From a virus (lineage: Duplodnaviria; Caudoviricetes), in the IMG/VR virus record IMGVR_UViG_3300033406_000043, positions 1-24,730 of that record: a stretch of 24,730 bases of DNA, one strand, 5' to 3'. Positions 18,182 through 24,730 of the stretch are shown here, one piece after another. The stretch's first letter is position 1. Every line of letters begins with the position of its first letter. The translations under genes were made by a program, and so were the position numbers. A model generated the notes under the pieces. It made no database searches. It worked only from the letters and a program-made list of their open reading frames with translations, and was not told the DNA's origin.

Positions 18182-18865
18182 CTATTTCATATTTGGATAC
18201 AATATTTGGCCTAGCGTTTTAGGCCCTGATGGTGCGCCCTGCCCTAGCCTAAACTGAGGGTCAGCCGCATCTTTGCTCATCTTCACGATGGCATTAAAAA
18301 ACGGCCCGACTGCATCAGGAGCAAATCCGCTCAGTGCTGTCATAGCCGCTTGGAAATATTCCGGCGTTTTATCATCGCCGTACTTGGTCATTAGTGAATT
18401 GATTTGGCCCATGTTTTTTTCGAAGTTGCGCCCCATTTCACCCTTAACGCCGTCAATAAACTCTGCGTAGGTATTTTCGCAGTTCTGGGTAATATTAGCC
18501 GCAATACGCTGTGGCAGGTCTTTTACACTGTCGCAGTACAAACCTACTAGCTTATTTGCTTGGTCTGGGTTAAGGCCCAATTCAGAGGCAAGTGGTTTAA
18601 ACGCATCAAGTGATTCCTGGTTGATAGTAAAACCTTCTGGAATAGTTGGCTTATAGTCTGAGAGGTTAGGCGGTTCTACAGGTTCTGTTGGCTCTTTTTG
18701 TGCTGGGTCTGCCGGTGGATCAGTCGGGGCAGGTGGCTCTACCGGATTAACTGGGTCTTGGTTAATCGGCTCAACTGGTTCAACTGGTTCTACCGGGGCT
18801 GGGTCTTCTGCAAATAATTGCAGGTCAATTGTGGCTAGGCTGTTACGCTGTGCCATATCGTTCAT
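18182..18865 (-). CDS. Capsid scaffolding protein
   Basis: Pro/Glu-rich disordered N-terminus (PVEPVEPVEP), ELGLNPDQANKLV, C-terminal LYPNMK; directly before the capsid gene; N-terminal IDLQLFAE. Confidence 0.8.
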   Translation of the reverse strand: MNDMAQRNSLATIDLQLFAEDPAPVEPVEPVEPINQDPVNPVEPPAPTDPPADPAQKEPTEPVEPPNLSDYKPTIPEGFTINQESLDAFKPLASELGLNPDQANKLVGLYCDSVKDLPQRIAANITQNCENTYAEFIDGVKGEMGRNFEKNMGQINSLMTKYGDDKTPEYFQAAMTALSGFAPDAVGPFFNAIVKMSKDAADPQFRLGQGAPSGPKTLGQILYPNMK

Positions 18866-18871
18866 AAATAA

Positions 18872-19177
18872 TCACTCCTTCTTTGCTTCTCGCATCATCA
18901 ACTCAAATTCTTCCGGGCTGATGGCGTACATGGTGTTATAAATATCAATAGCTGCGGCTTGTTGCGCGGCTATGCGATATGCTTCGGCACTATTAAATAG
19001 ATTTTTTTCATTCCATTTGAGTAATCCCAGTATCCACATGACGAATTTGCGCCCATGGACGGTACTCATTTGGCTTTTCAGCATGGCCTCAAATAATTCC
19101 CGTTTGAGTTTGCGCTCATCGTCCTTGGCTTTTTCAGATGGATTATTATAGTGAACAACCCTGTTTGGCTGTATCAT
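18872..19177 (-). CDS. Bbp19-like small protein between portal and scaffold
   Basis: MSTVHGRKFVMWIL and FELMMRE motifs; conserved position in BPP-1-like head modules. Confidence 0.75.
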   Translation of the reverse strand: MIQPNRVVHYNNPSEKAKDDERKLKRELFEAMLKSQMSTVHGRKFVMWILGLLKWNEKNLFNSAEAYRIAAQQAAAIDIYNTMYAISPEEFELMMREAKKE

Positions 19178-20860
19178 CTACTGCACCCCCAAGAATCTTG
19201 TTAACGCAGTGTCCTGGTCCATCGGCATCTTACTGGCGGCTGAACCTACGTTGGCGGCGGTCTGCGCCATTTCTGCGGCTTGTTGCATCTGCTGTTGTTT
19301 TGCCCTATTCTGTCTGATCTGCACTACTGCTTCATCACTCCTAATAATAGAACCAGGTGCGCCGGTCATATCCGCGACTTCATCAATTACTTGGTCAGAA
19401 TCAAGTTTATCCATGACGGTTGGGTCAAGTCCAGCCAACTTCTCGCCATACGCTATCACCTGGTCAATGCGGCCTAAGTCTACTATCTTCTGCGCCTGGG
19501 CCATTATCGAGATATAGTCGGTCTTGATGTTTTGTCCTTGCAAATACTGCAAATCTGATTCGCTCACATAATTACGAATGTCCGGATAAACACCAGCCTC
19601 CATGCCGTAGTCAAAGAGGATTTCTGTAGCCGGATTGAGGAATTCATCGTGCATGTTTTCCAGTGCTGGTCCTAAAGCCATCATGCGTTCACCAGATATA
19701 GCCCTGACTTCCTCGGCTGTCATCTGCTTATCTTCGCGCATCGATACTGACATAAACAAGTCTATATAAAAATCCTCACTGATCTGCTGTTTCTTGTCCT
19801 GTATTGCCTGCCACATGACCGCTAATTGTGGGTTAATCTCAACCAACCGTTTTATAGTTGCATCTGGGCCTGTTGGATTGATCTTGTTATAGTCTCCGGG
19901 GATGGTACTAACCTCACTCAAATCAGCCGTTCCCTGTGTTGCTGGATTCAATTCCTTATTGATTGCATCCATGTAGTCATACATCATCGACTGCAATTGT
20001 TTGCAGTTACCAAGACTATTACGACCTGGACACATCTTGCCGTAAGTCTCGTTGTTGTTGACATACCAACGCGGCGATACAAATGGTTTGCGGTTATATC
20101 CCTTGATTTCTATTATCTGTTTATCACTCTTACCACGAAGATAATAGAGACTAACATAAGGTTTTTTGAATGGCGCTATGTGCATATCATCAGGCGCAAT
20201 CACATGTACAACAGTATTACTTCTATTGCCCACAGGGTCATCTTCGGTAATACTGTCTGTGATCGTGCCCGGTAGATTATCCTCGCCAAACAGTTCTACT
20301 AACTGTGCCGCTGTATATTCAATCTCGCGATATAGTGAGTCAACTATGCCTTTCCCATCAATATCCAACCAATACTCGCCGACATTCAATGTTGTACAAT
20401 GAACGATATTTTCATAGTCCTTATCAATAATCATTACCGCTGTGCCGATATTTGGCAGGTGCAGGTACATTGTGTGTGCCCGCGGGTAAAAGTTAGATTC
20501 ATGCAGTATTGCATAGTCAGTCTTGGTCACATCATCAAGCCACGCTCTAACGCCTGGAATCTCGTTAATTCGCGCATTACTCATTTTACGCTGAAGCCAG
20601 GGCCTAGAGGGTGACGATATAGAAGCAAACATACCAGCCGAACACTTCTGGCTATAAGAGGCAGGCGCATTGTCGTAGATGTATTCGTCAGTTCGTTCGC
20701 CCTTGTCCTTACGTTCAGTTATCAGATAGCCCTTCAAATCTGGAGCAATATGGTTCATGATGTCTTCCCAGTCGTGCTCATACGTCTGACGGACTTCCTT
20801 GGCGTGTCGGAGTTTTGCCTCATAATATTTGATGATCTTATCCTTATCCATCACGGTCAC
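19178..20860 (-). CDS. Portal (head-tail connector; T7 gp8 / Bbp21 family)
   Basis: 560 aa; SPSRPW, SNFY, GTAVM, PRWY...ETYG and MTAEEV...E.MMALGP motifs. Confidence 0.95.
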   Translation of the reverse strand: MTVMDKDKIIKYYEAKLRHAKEVRQTYEHDWEDIMNHIAPDLKGYLITERKDKGERTDEYIYDNAPASYSQKCSAGMFASISSPSRPWLQRKMSNARINEIPGVRAWLDDVTKTDYAILHESNFYPRAHTMYLHLPNIGTAVMIIDKDYENIVHCTTLNVGEYWLDIDGKGIVDSLYREIEYTAAQLVELFGEDNLPGTITDSITEDDPVGNRSNTVVHVIAPDDMHIAPFKKPYVSLYYLRGKSDKQIIEIKGYNRKPFVSPRWYVNNNETYGKMCPGRNSLGNCKQLQSMMYDYMDAINKELNPATQGTADLSEVSTIPGDYNKINPTGPDATIKRLVEINPQLAVMWQAIQDKKQQISEDFYIDLFMSVSMREDKQMTAEEVRAISGERMMALGPALENMHDEFLNPATEILFDYGMEAGVYPDIRNYVSESDLQYLQGQNIKTDYISIMAQAQKIVDLGRIDQVIAYGEKLAGLDPTVMDKLDSDQVIDEVADMTGAPGSIIRSDEAVVQIRQNRAKQQQMQQAAEMAQTAANVGSAASKMPMDQDTALTRFLGVQ

Positions 20861-21039
20861 GTCCCTAACTGGGTTTTGGCTGTTGGCGCAGCCGTTGACA
20901 GTCCGCCTGCCGATGTTGCTATAGTAGTCTGGAAACCACGGCGTTTCTTCTCTTGTTCTAGCTGGCTGGCAACCGGATCTTCATTGCTAACTGTCTTGGT
21001 GGTTACTGGTGTGATGGTCTTAATGTCCGGAGTACACAT
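20857..21039 (-). CDS. Small virion protein preceding portal (T7 gp7.3-like), 60 aa
   Basis: ATG 21039 with RBS GGAGG; MC start, KKRRGFQTTI.T..GG and KTQLG ending; its stop overlaps the portal start. Confidence 0.7.
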   Translation of the reverse strand: MCTPDIKTITPVTTKTVSNEDPVASQLEQEKKRRGFQTTIATSAGGLSTAAPTAKTQLGT

Positions 21040-21040
21040 G

Positions 21041-21856
21041 TTATCGCCTCCTATACGGGTCATGTCTTGATTTGGCCTTTACGATTGTGGGCTTATGGTC
21101 CACATTAAAAATAGACGCCGCGACATAGCCGATAGCGTCCATCATATGGGAATATTCGTTTTTGTCCGGTTCTTCTAGCAGCACACCAGCGACTTCCTTA
21201 CGATGGTAGCCGCCAGTAAACGCACCTATAATCCAAGTACAGCGCGGATCAATCAGTATCATCGGCTGACCGTCCGGAGTTAAACTGGTTAGTTTCTTCC
21301 TGACAGCCTCCCAACGGGCCATAGCCGCCACTGGTCCTGGTAGTACCGTAATGCTATATTCACTGCGTAACAACTCATTTGCTGTCTTTTCATCGTTTTG
21401 GCTACGCTGGTTGCCTGCCGGATCGCCGTAATCGTTGAACTGATACCCAGGGAAGTATGTACCTGACTCAGCCCTAACCACCTGACCGTGTGCAAGTATA
21501 CCGCAATCCGTTGACTGCAACTCAGGGTATAGTATCAATAGCTGGCCCTTGGCTGTGGTCTGGCAGAAACAGGTCGCAGGAGTTAACCCATAGTCCCAAC
21601 CTCTTACCACTGGTCTGCCTTGTACTGGCTGTAGTGGTTCTTTGGCTACATGGAAATCCATGCGAAACTCAGGATACCATGGTTTGCCAGGATACACATG
21701 GAAGTTTATTTCATATTCCCTTTCCCACTGCGCCTGGGTCAACCCCTTGCGCTGCTCTGCTGCCCACTCGGGTGTGGATTTGTCAGGGTCGGCAGTGTAA
21801 TGCAACCGCAAAATGTGGACACCCTGCGGCGTTTTATATTCAGTGATTCCTTGCAT
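21041..21856 (-). CDS. terL: Terminase large subunit, C-terminal part (lid segment plus RNase H-like nuclease)
   Basis: RLHYTADP..WEREYEINF, RGWDYG (catalytic Asp), GDPAG, IDPRC, SHMMDAIGY; own RBS AGGAGG 7 nt before the ATG. Confidence 0.9.
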   Translation of the reverse strand: MQGITEYKTPQGVHILRLHYTADPDKSTPEWAAEQRKGLTQAQWEREYEINFHVYPGKPWYPEFRMDFHVAKEPLQPVQGRPVVRGWDYGLTPATCFCQTTAKGQLLILYPELQSTDCGILAHGQVVRAESGTYFPGYQFNDYGDPAGNQRSQNDEKTANELLRSEYSITVLPGPVAAMARWEAVRKKLTSLTPDGQPMILIDPRCTWIIGAFTGGYHRKEVAGVLLEEPDKNEYSHMMDAIGYVAASIFNVDHKPTIVKAKSRHDPYRRR

Positions 21857-21878
21857 TTCCTAGCCTCCTGGCACTACA

Positions 21879-21906
21879 ACGTCCGATAACAATCGTTATG
21901 ACAACC
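21879..21906 (+). other. XerC/XerD dif-like recombination site (11-6-11)
   Basis: ACGTCCGATAA-CAATCG-TTATGACAACC; each arm matches 8/11 to B. subtilis dif as recalled (ACTTCCTAGAA / TTATGTAAACT), with the inner ATAA-N6-TTATG core intact. Confidence 0.7.
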
Positions 21907-21944
21907 AAAAATCTGTTTATACAGCGTATGCAATGGTTTTGACC

Positions 21945-21989
21945 TGCATTTTTGATAGTTTTATGCAAAATATGCAGTATAAATATACA
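21945..21989. promoter_or_regulatory. ARG-box-like palindromes, putative Xer accessory sequence
   Basis: AGTATAAATATACA (21976-21989) and TGCAAAATATGCA (21964-21976) plus further TGCAT half-sites, resembling the ArgR/AhrC consensus TGMAT-W4-ATKCA. Confidence 0.4.
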
Positions 21990-22032
21990 AAAACACTGTT
22001 TTAGCAGTGCCAACCGCGAACGCATAAACCTA

Positions 22033-22680
22033 TCATATTTCACCCTCTACAATTCGTTGAAAAAATCCTGGTCCTGCGCTAGAAATCAGCGTAACTTTAC
22101 CGCCGCCCTGTATGATTGGCTTCAATGCTCCCCAAGTTTCTTCCGCTGATTCCCAGAACGCAAATTCATCTAGCATAGCATAAGAGGCGGTGTACTGTCG
22201 CAACTGGTCAGCACCTTGGCCTATTGCCTTGACATACGAACCGTTGTTGAACGCTAATTCATATTGTTTGCGCTTGCACTCAGGCCAAGGATAACCTTCC
22301 GGCAGGTGGTCATATATAAACTTCATGCGCTTATCGCTAATCAGAAAGTCGCTATCATCAGCTTTCTTTGATTGCACAAATACTGCGCTGTTGGGTCTAA
22401 ATACAGCCGCCCATAAATGAAGTCCAAGCATAATCCAGGTCAGCATCATGCGGCGCGTCTTAGGGATTGCCAGTATGTTCTCGCGCTCCCACACTTCGCA
22501 AGTGTACCGTAAATAGTCCTTGTCAGGGTATCGCTTCACCAGGCCGTTGTCAGCTTCGTCGACTGTCAGGCAACAGTCTAATATCCATCGCCAAGGGCTA
22601 TTAGACCATACTTTCATTTCTTGGCGGCGCAATAACTCCTGTTTAACCTTAACCTTCTTTTCAAGCGCGGCCCTATTCAT
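22033..22680 (-). CDS. terL: Terminase large subunit, N-terminal ATPase part
   Basis: Variant Walker A IPKTRRMMLTW, NNGSYV, Walker B AMLDEFAF, coupling motif LISSA; stops 13 residues later. Confidence 0.9.
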   Translation of the reverse strand: MNRAALEKKVKVKQELLRRQEMKVWSNSPWRWILDCCLTVDEADNGLVKRYPDKDYLRYTCEVWERENILAIPKTRRMMLTWIMLGLHLWAAVFRPNSAVFVQSKKADDSDFLISDKRMKFIYDHLPEGYPWPECKRKQYELAFNNGSYVKAIGQGADQLRQYTASYAMLDEFAFWESAEETWGALKPIIQGGGKVTLISSAGPGFFQRIVEGEI

Positions 22681-23089
22681 CTAATATCGCTTGCAATTCT
22701 TCATCGGTCATTTTGCTAAAGTCATCGTCTTTAGAAGTATCATCAGCACCAGAATATTTTAGCCGTGTATCAATTACCTTGTTTAGCCGATCAAACACCA
22801 TCAGTCGTTCACTGATTCGCAAATTATCATCATTAAACCAGTTATGCAATTTATCACGGGTATTTTGCAATATGTCCAGGTCAGTAGTGACCGTCTGCTT
22901 GATGTGCTCGTTGATAGTCTCTTTAGTCTGCGCTGACCGCTCTTTGCGGTGTTCGTTAATGATTTTGCCGATGCTAACATTGCTAACTTTAATTCCCTGA
23001 TTGCTAAGATAAGTCTCTATTTGCCGATTAGACATTGTTGCCGATAAAGCTAGTATTTGCGCGGATACTTCGGGTGTTATTCTAGCCAA
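22673..23089 (-). CDS. terS: Terminase small subunit (HTH-containing)
   Basis: TTG start with RBS AAGGGGTG; N-terminal HTH-like MSNRQIETYL..VSNVSIGK; C-terminal DFSKMTDEELQAI; overlaps the terL start. Confidence 0.7.
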   Translation of the reverse strand: MARITPEVSAQILALSATMSNRQIETYLSNQGIKVSNVSIGKIINEHRKERSAQTKETINEHIKQTVTTDLDILQNTRDKLHNWFNDDNLRISERLMVFDRLNKVIDTRLKYSGADDTSKDDDFSKMTDEELQAILDE

Positions 23090-23122
23090 GTTAGCACCCC
23101 CTTTTTTGCTAAGTTTTGATAA

Positions 23123-23326
23123 TTAAAATTGGCTAACAGATTTCAGCGTACTCTGCAACGCTGACTTTCTTTCTTTCAGTATCTTCAGCTTGAAGTCGCA
23201 TTCAGTTGCCCTCATCTTCGCCTTAATAAGCTCCGGCCCTAACTGCTCAATCTCTCGCTCAATCTCTAATAGTGCGCGTTGCAATGCAGCAGGGTCGCGC
23301 TCTTGCCGCTCTTGGTCAGTTAGCAT
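23123..23326 (-). CDS. Small coiled-coil hypothetical protein
   Basis: 67-aa heptad-rich ORF co-oriented with the operon; true start uncertain (see findings). Confidence 0.6.
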   Translation of the reverse strand: MLTDQERQERDPAALQRALLEIEREIEQLGPELIKAKMRATECDFKLKILKERKSALQSTLKSVSQF

Positions 23327-23472
23327 AGCGTAAACTCTTCAACTTTCACTTCTCATCACTCCCCATAAAAAATACAATAAAAACGCCTCCATGATTTTCA
23401 GGGTAATATCTGGGCAAATATTAAATACGTATAGCGCTGTTGCTATAGCCCACCCAACAATAACAATGATTT

Positions 23473-23703
23473 TCATTGCCTGCGCCTCACTATCTCCCGC
23501 AGCTCATCCCGGCTAATATTGCCGTCATGCACTATTCTATGGCATTGCCAGCACAGCAATATAAGGTTGCCCGGCACATCATCGCCTCTTGCCCCACGGC
23601 TCTTTATGTGATGCGCTTGCAAATTAAAATGGCTACCGCAATATTCGCAGTAGCCTATCTGATGTATGCGCTGTATTAACTTTTTATCAACAATCCGTTT
23701 CAT
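23473..23703 (-). CDS. HNH endonuclease (packaging-associated type)
   Basis: CEYCG, AHHIKSRG..G.D...NLILLCWQCHRIVH; upstream of the terminase genes. Confidence 0.9.
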   Translation of the reverse strand: MKRIVDKKLIQRIHQIGYCEYCGSHFNLQAHHIKSRGARGDDVPGNLILLCWQCHRIVHDGNISRDELREIVRRRQ

Positions 23704-23873
23704 TTCAGCACACCATTACGCCTGCCCTGCCTAACTGGTTCATGGTTGAGTGCCGTACTACCTCGCGGCTCATACTTGGTACACTGTCCCTTGACCAGCT
23801 TCACCCTTTTAGCTGTGCAATTGTCTATGCCGTGATGCTCACAGTCGCGGCGGTCACATTCTACTGTCGGCAT
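23700..23873 (-). CDS. Small Cys-rich protein, DUF1540-like (57 aa)
   Basis: Below the track cutoff. MPTVECDRRDCEHHGIDNCTAKRVKLVKGQCTKYEPRGSTALNHEPVRQGRRNGVLK; RBS GAGGTG; ATGA overlap with the HNH gene. Confidence 0.7.
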   Translation of the reverse strand: MPTVECDRRDCEHHGIDNCTAKRVKLVKGQCTKYEPRGSTALNHEPVRQGRRNGVLK

Positions 23874-23884
23874 ATTATCACCTC

Positions 23885-23916
23885 AAATAAAAAAGCACTC
23901 GCCAATTAGCAAGTGC
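23885..23916 (-). terminator. Intrinsic terminator upstream of the first late gene
   Basis: Minus strand GCACTTGC-TAATTG-GCGAGTGC-TTTTTTATTT. Confidence 0.7.
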
Positions 23917-23979
23917 CGTACTTTACAACGGGGCCGAAGCCCCAAAAGGAAGGTAGTAATGAACAAACTTCTTAATATC

Positions 23980-24018
23980 ATAGTAACACGGAAAAAACGC
24001 TATTGAGTATGATACTCA
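23980..24018 (-). promoter_or_regulatory. Putative activator-dependent late promoter
   Basis: Extended -10 TG-T-TACTAT (23988-23980), no consensus -35, and a perfect palindrome TGAGTAT-N-ATACTCA (24004-24018) over the -35 region, right after the activator stop. Confidence 0.55.
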
Positions 24019-24510
24019 TTAAAAACAGCCTCGTTTATACGCTAATATCCTGGTCAGCCCTACTATTTCTTTCCACCAGGATGTCAATGTCTGGTCGCTT
24101 ATCCACCATCGGTCTATCATGCTGCTGTTATTTAATTCAGCCATTCTTTCTGCATAATGCCGTTGTACATATACTCGCCAAACCTCATGCCCATTTACTG
24201 TCATGTTCTTTTGCCTAGCTTCTCGGCGAACGTCAAGGAATGTCCTCTTTTTCGGGCCAAGCATACTTTCTACCAACTCAATAGTAAGCAGCCACTTTTC
24301 AGCCTGGTCAAGTTCCTCCAAACGGACAACCTTCTGCACAACCACATTGCCAGCGCCTGTCCTTACGTAGACCTCAGGCATAGAGCGCTCATCCTGGATA
24401 TAGTTAAGGTCGCTAAAATACTGTTTCTTGCGGTCTTCGTAGAATAGTAGCCATTCGGCAGCCGTTTCAAAGTCTTGTCCAATTTCTCTCAAAATATCTT
24501 CTCTCCCCAC
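24019..24510 (-). CDS. Late transcriptional activator, ArpU/RinA-like
   Basis: Start revised to GTG 24510 (RBS GGGAGGGG); EKWLLTIELVESMLGPKKRTFL and C-terminal HTH-like ISDQTLTSWWKEIV...AYKRG; last gene before the packaging module. Confidence 0.75.
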   Translation of the reverse strand: MGREDILREIGQDFETAAEWLLFYEDRKKQYFSDLNYIQDERSMPEVYVRTGAGNVVVQKVVRLEELDQAEKWLLTIELVESMLGPKKRTFLDVRREARQKNMTVNGHEVWRVYVQRHYAERMAELNNSSMIDRWWISDQTLTSWWKEIVGLTRILAYKRGCF

Positions 24511-24533
24511 GCTAACCCCTCCCCACAAATCAA

Positions 24534-24728
24534 TTAAATCTCAAACGTAGTTGAACCGTACAATACTAATTCTCTATACACTCTAGTACTTTCGTTGAGT
24601 ATTTTCCGATTGCACTTTTCAAACCACTTATACATATCTTTAGTGATTATTGTGCTATGTTTTGGCCTTATAACCCACAAATAATTAATTTGCTTTTTGT
24701 ACTCTCTTGATATTAGCCGCTTTCTATT
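24534..24728 (-). CDS. 3' end of a hypothetical protein running off the window
   Basis: 64 open codons (NRKRLISREY...YRELVLYGSTTFEI) ending in TAA just upstream of the activator RBS. Confidence 0.5.
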   Translation of the reverse strand, partial: NRKRLISREYKKQINYLWVIRPKHSTIITKDMYKWFEKCNRKILNESTRVYRELVLYGSTTFEI

Positions 24729-24730
24729 GT

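Larger units (their letters stand above)
1..24730 (-). mobile_element. Podovirus-type (BPP-1/T7-like virion module) phage or prophage late region
   Basis: Continuous gene order from activator through terminase, head, tail, ejection proteins and spike to lysis; no tape measure or sheath genes; no boundaries or host genes in the window. Confidence 0.95.

Noticed and set aside
18660-18805. Short tandem repeats (GGTTCAACT-like)
   Set aside because: They encode the PVEPVEP low-complexity scaffold linker; not CRISPR or a regulatory array.
7127-21889. Numerous 60-150 aa plus-strand and alternate-frame ORFs in the track
   Set aside because: They overlap well-supported minus-strand genes and show no motifs.
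21879-21906. dif-like site as prophage attL/attR boundary
   Set aside because: Phage late genes continue on both sides, so it is not an integration junction here.
21857-22032. Group I intron, intein or programmed frameshift in terL
   Set aside because: No recognisable intron core, no in-frame intein, and the downstream half has its own strong RBS; splicing is not formally excluded without RT-PCR.
21840-22043. 67-aa minus-strand ORF bridging the terL halves
   Set aside because: Overlaps both genes, has no clear RBS or terminase-like sequence, and the region is better explained as a DNA site.

Overview
Complete late (morphogenesis and lysis) region of a podovirus-type phage or prophage, almost all on the minus strand. 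In transcription order (right to left): ArpU/RinA-like late activator, putative late promoter with a short structured leader, small Cys-rich protein, HNH nuclease, TerS, a terminase large subunit split into two genes, a gp7.3-like small protein, T7/BPP-1-type portal, Bbp19-like protein, scaffold, major capsid, cement protein, tail adaptor and nozzle, a gp13-like GNAT protein, three ejection proteins (the largest with NlpC/P60 and PBECR-like domains), one opposite-strand membrane moron, a tail spike with a polysaccharide deacetylase domain, T7-type holin, amidase endolysin, a papain-family protease and a truncated Ig-like protein. Strong GGAGG RBSs, the ArpU-like regulator and LQLFA motifs, together with a Gram-negative-type podovirus tail, suggest a diderm Firmicute (Negativicutes) host; this is inference. 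The most unusual feature is a 28-bp XerC/D dif-like site with ARG-box-like accessory DNA in the 176-bp gap that splits terL. Family calls come from motif recognition and gene order by eye; no database searches were run.
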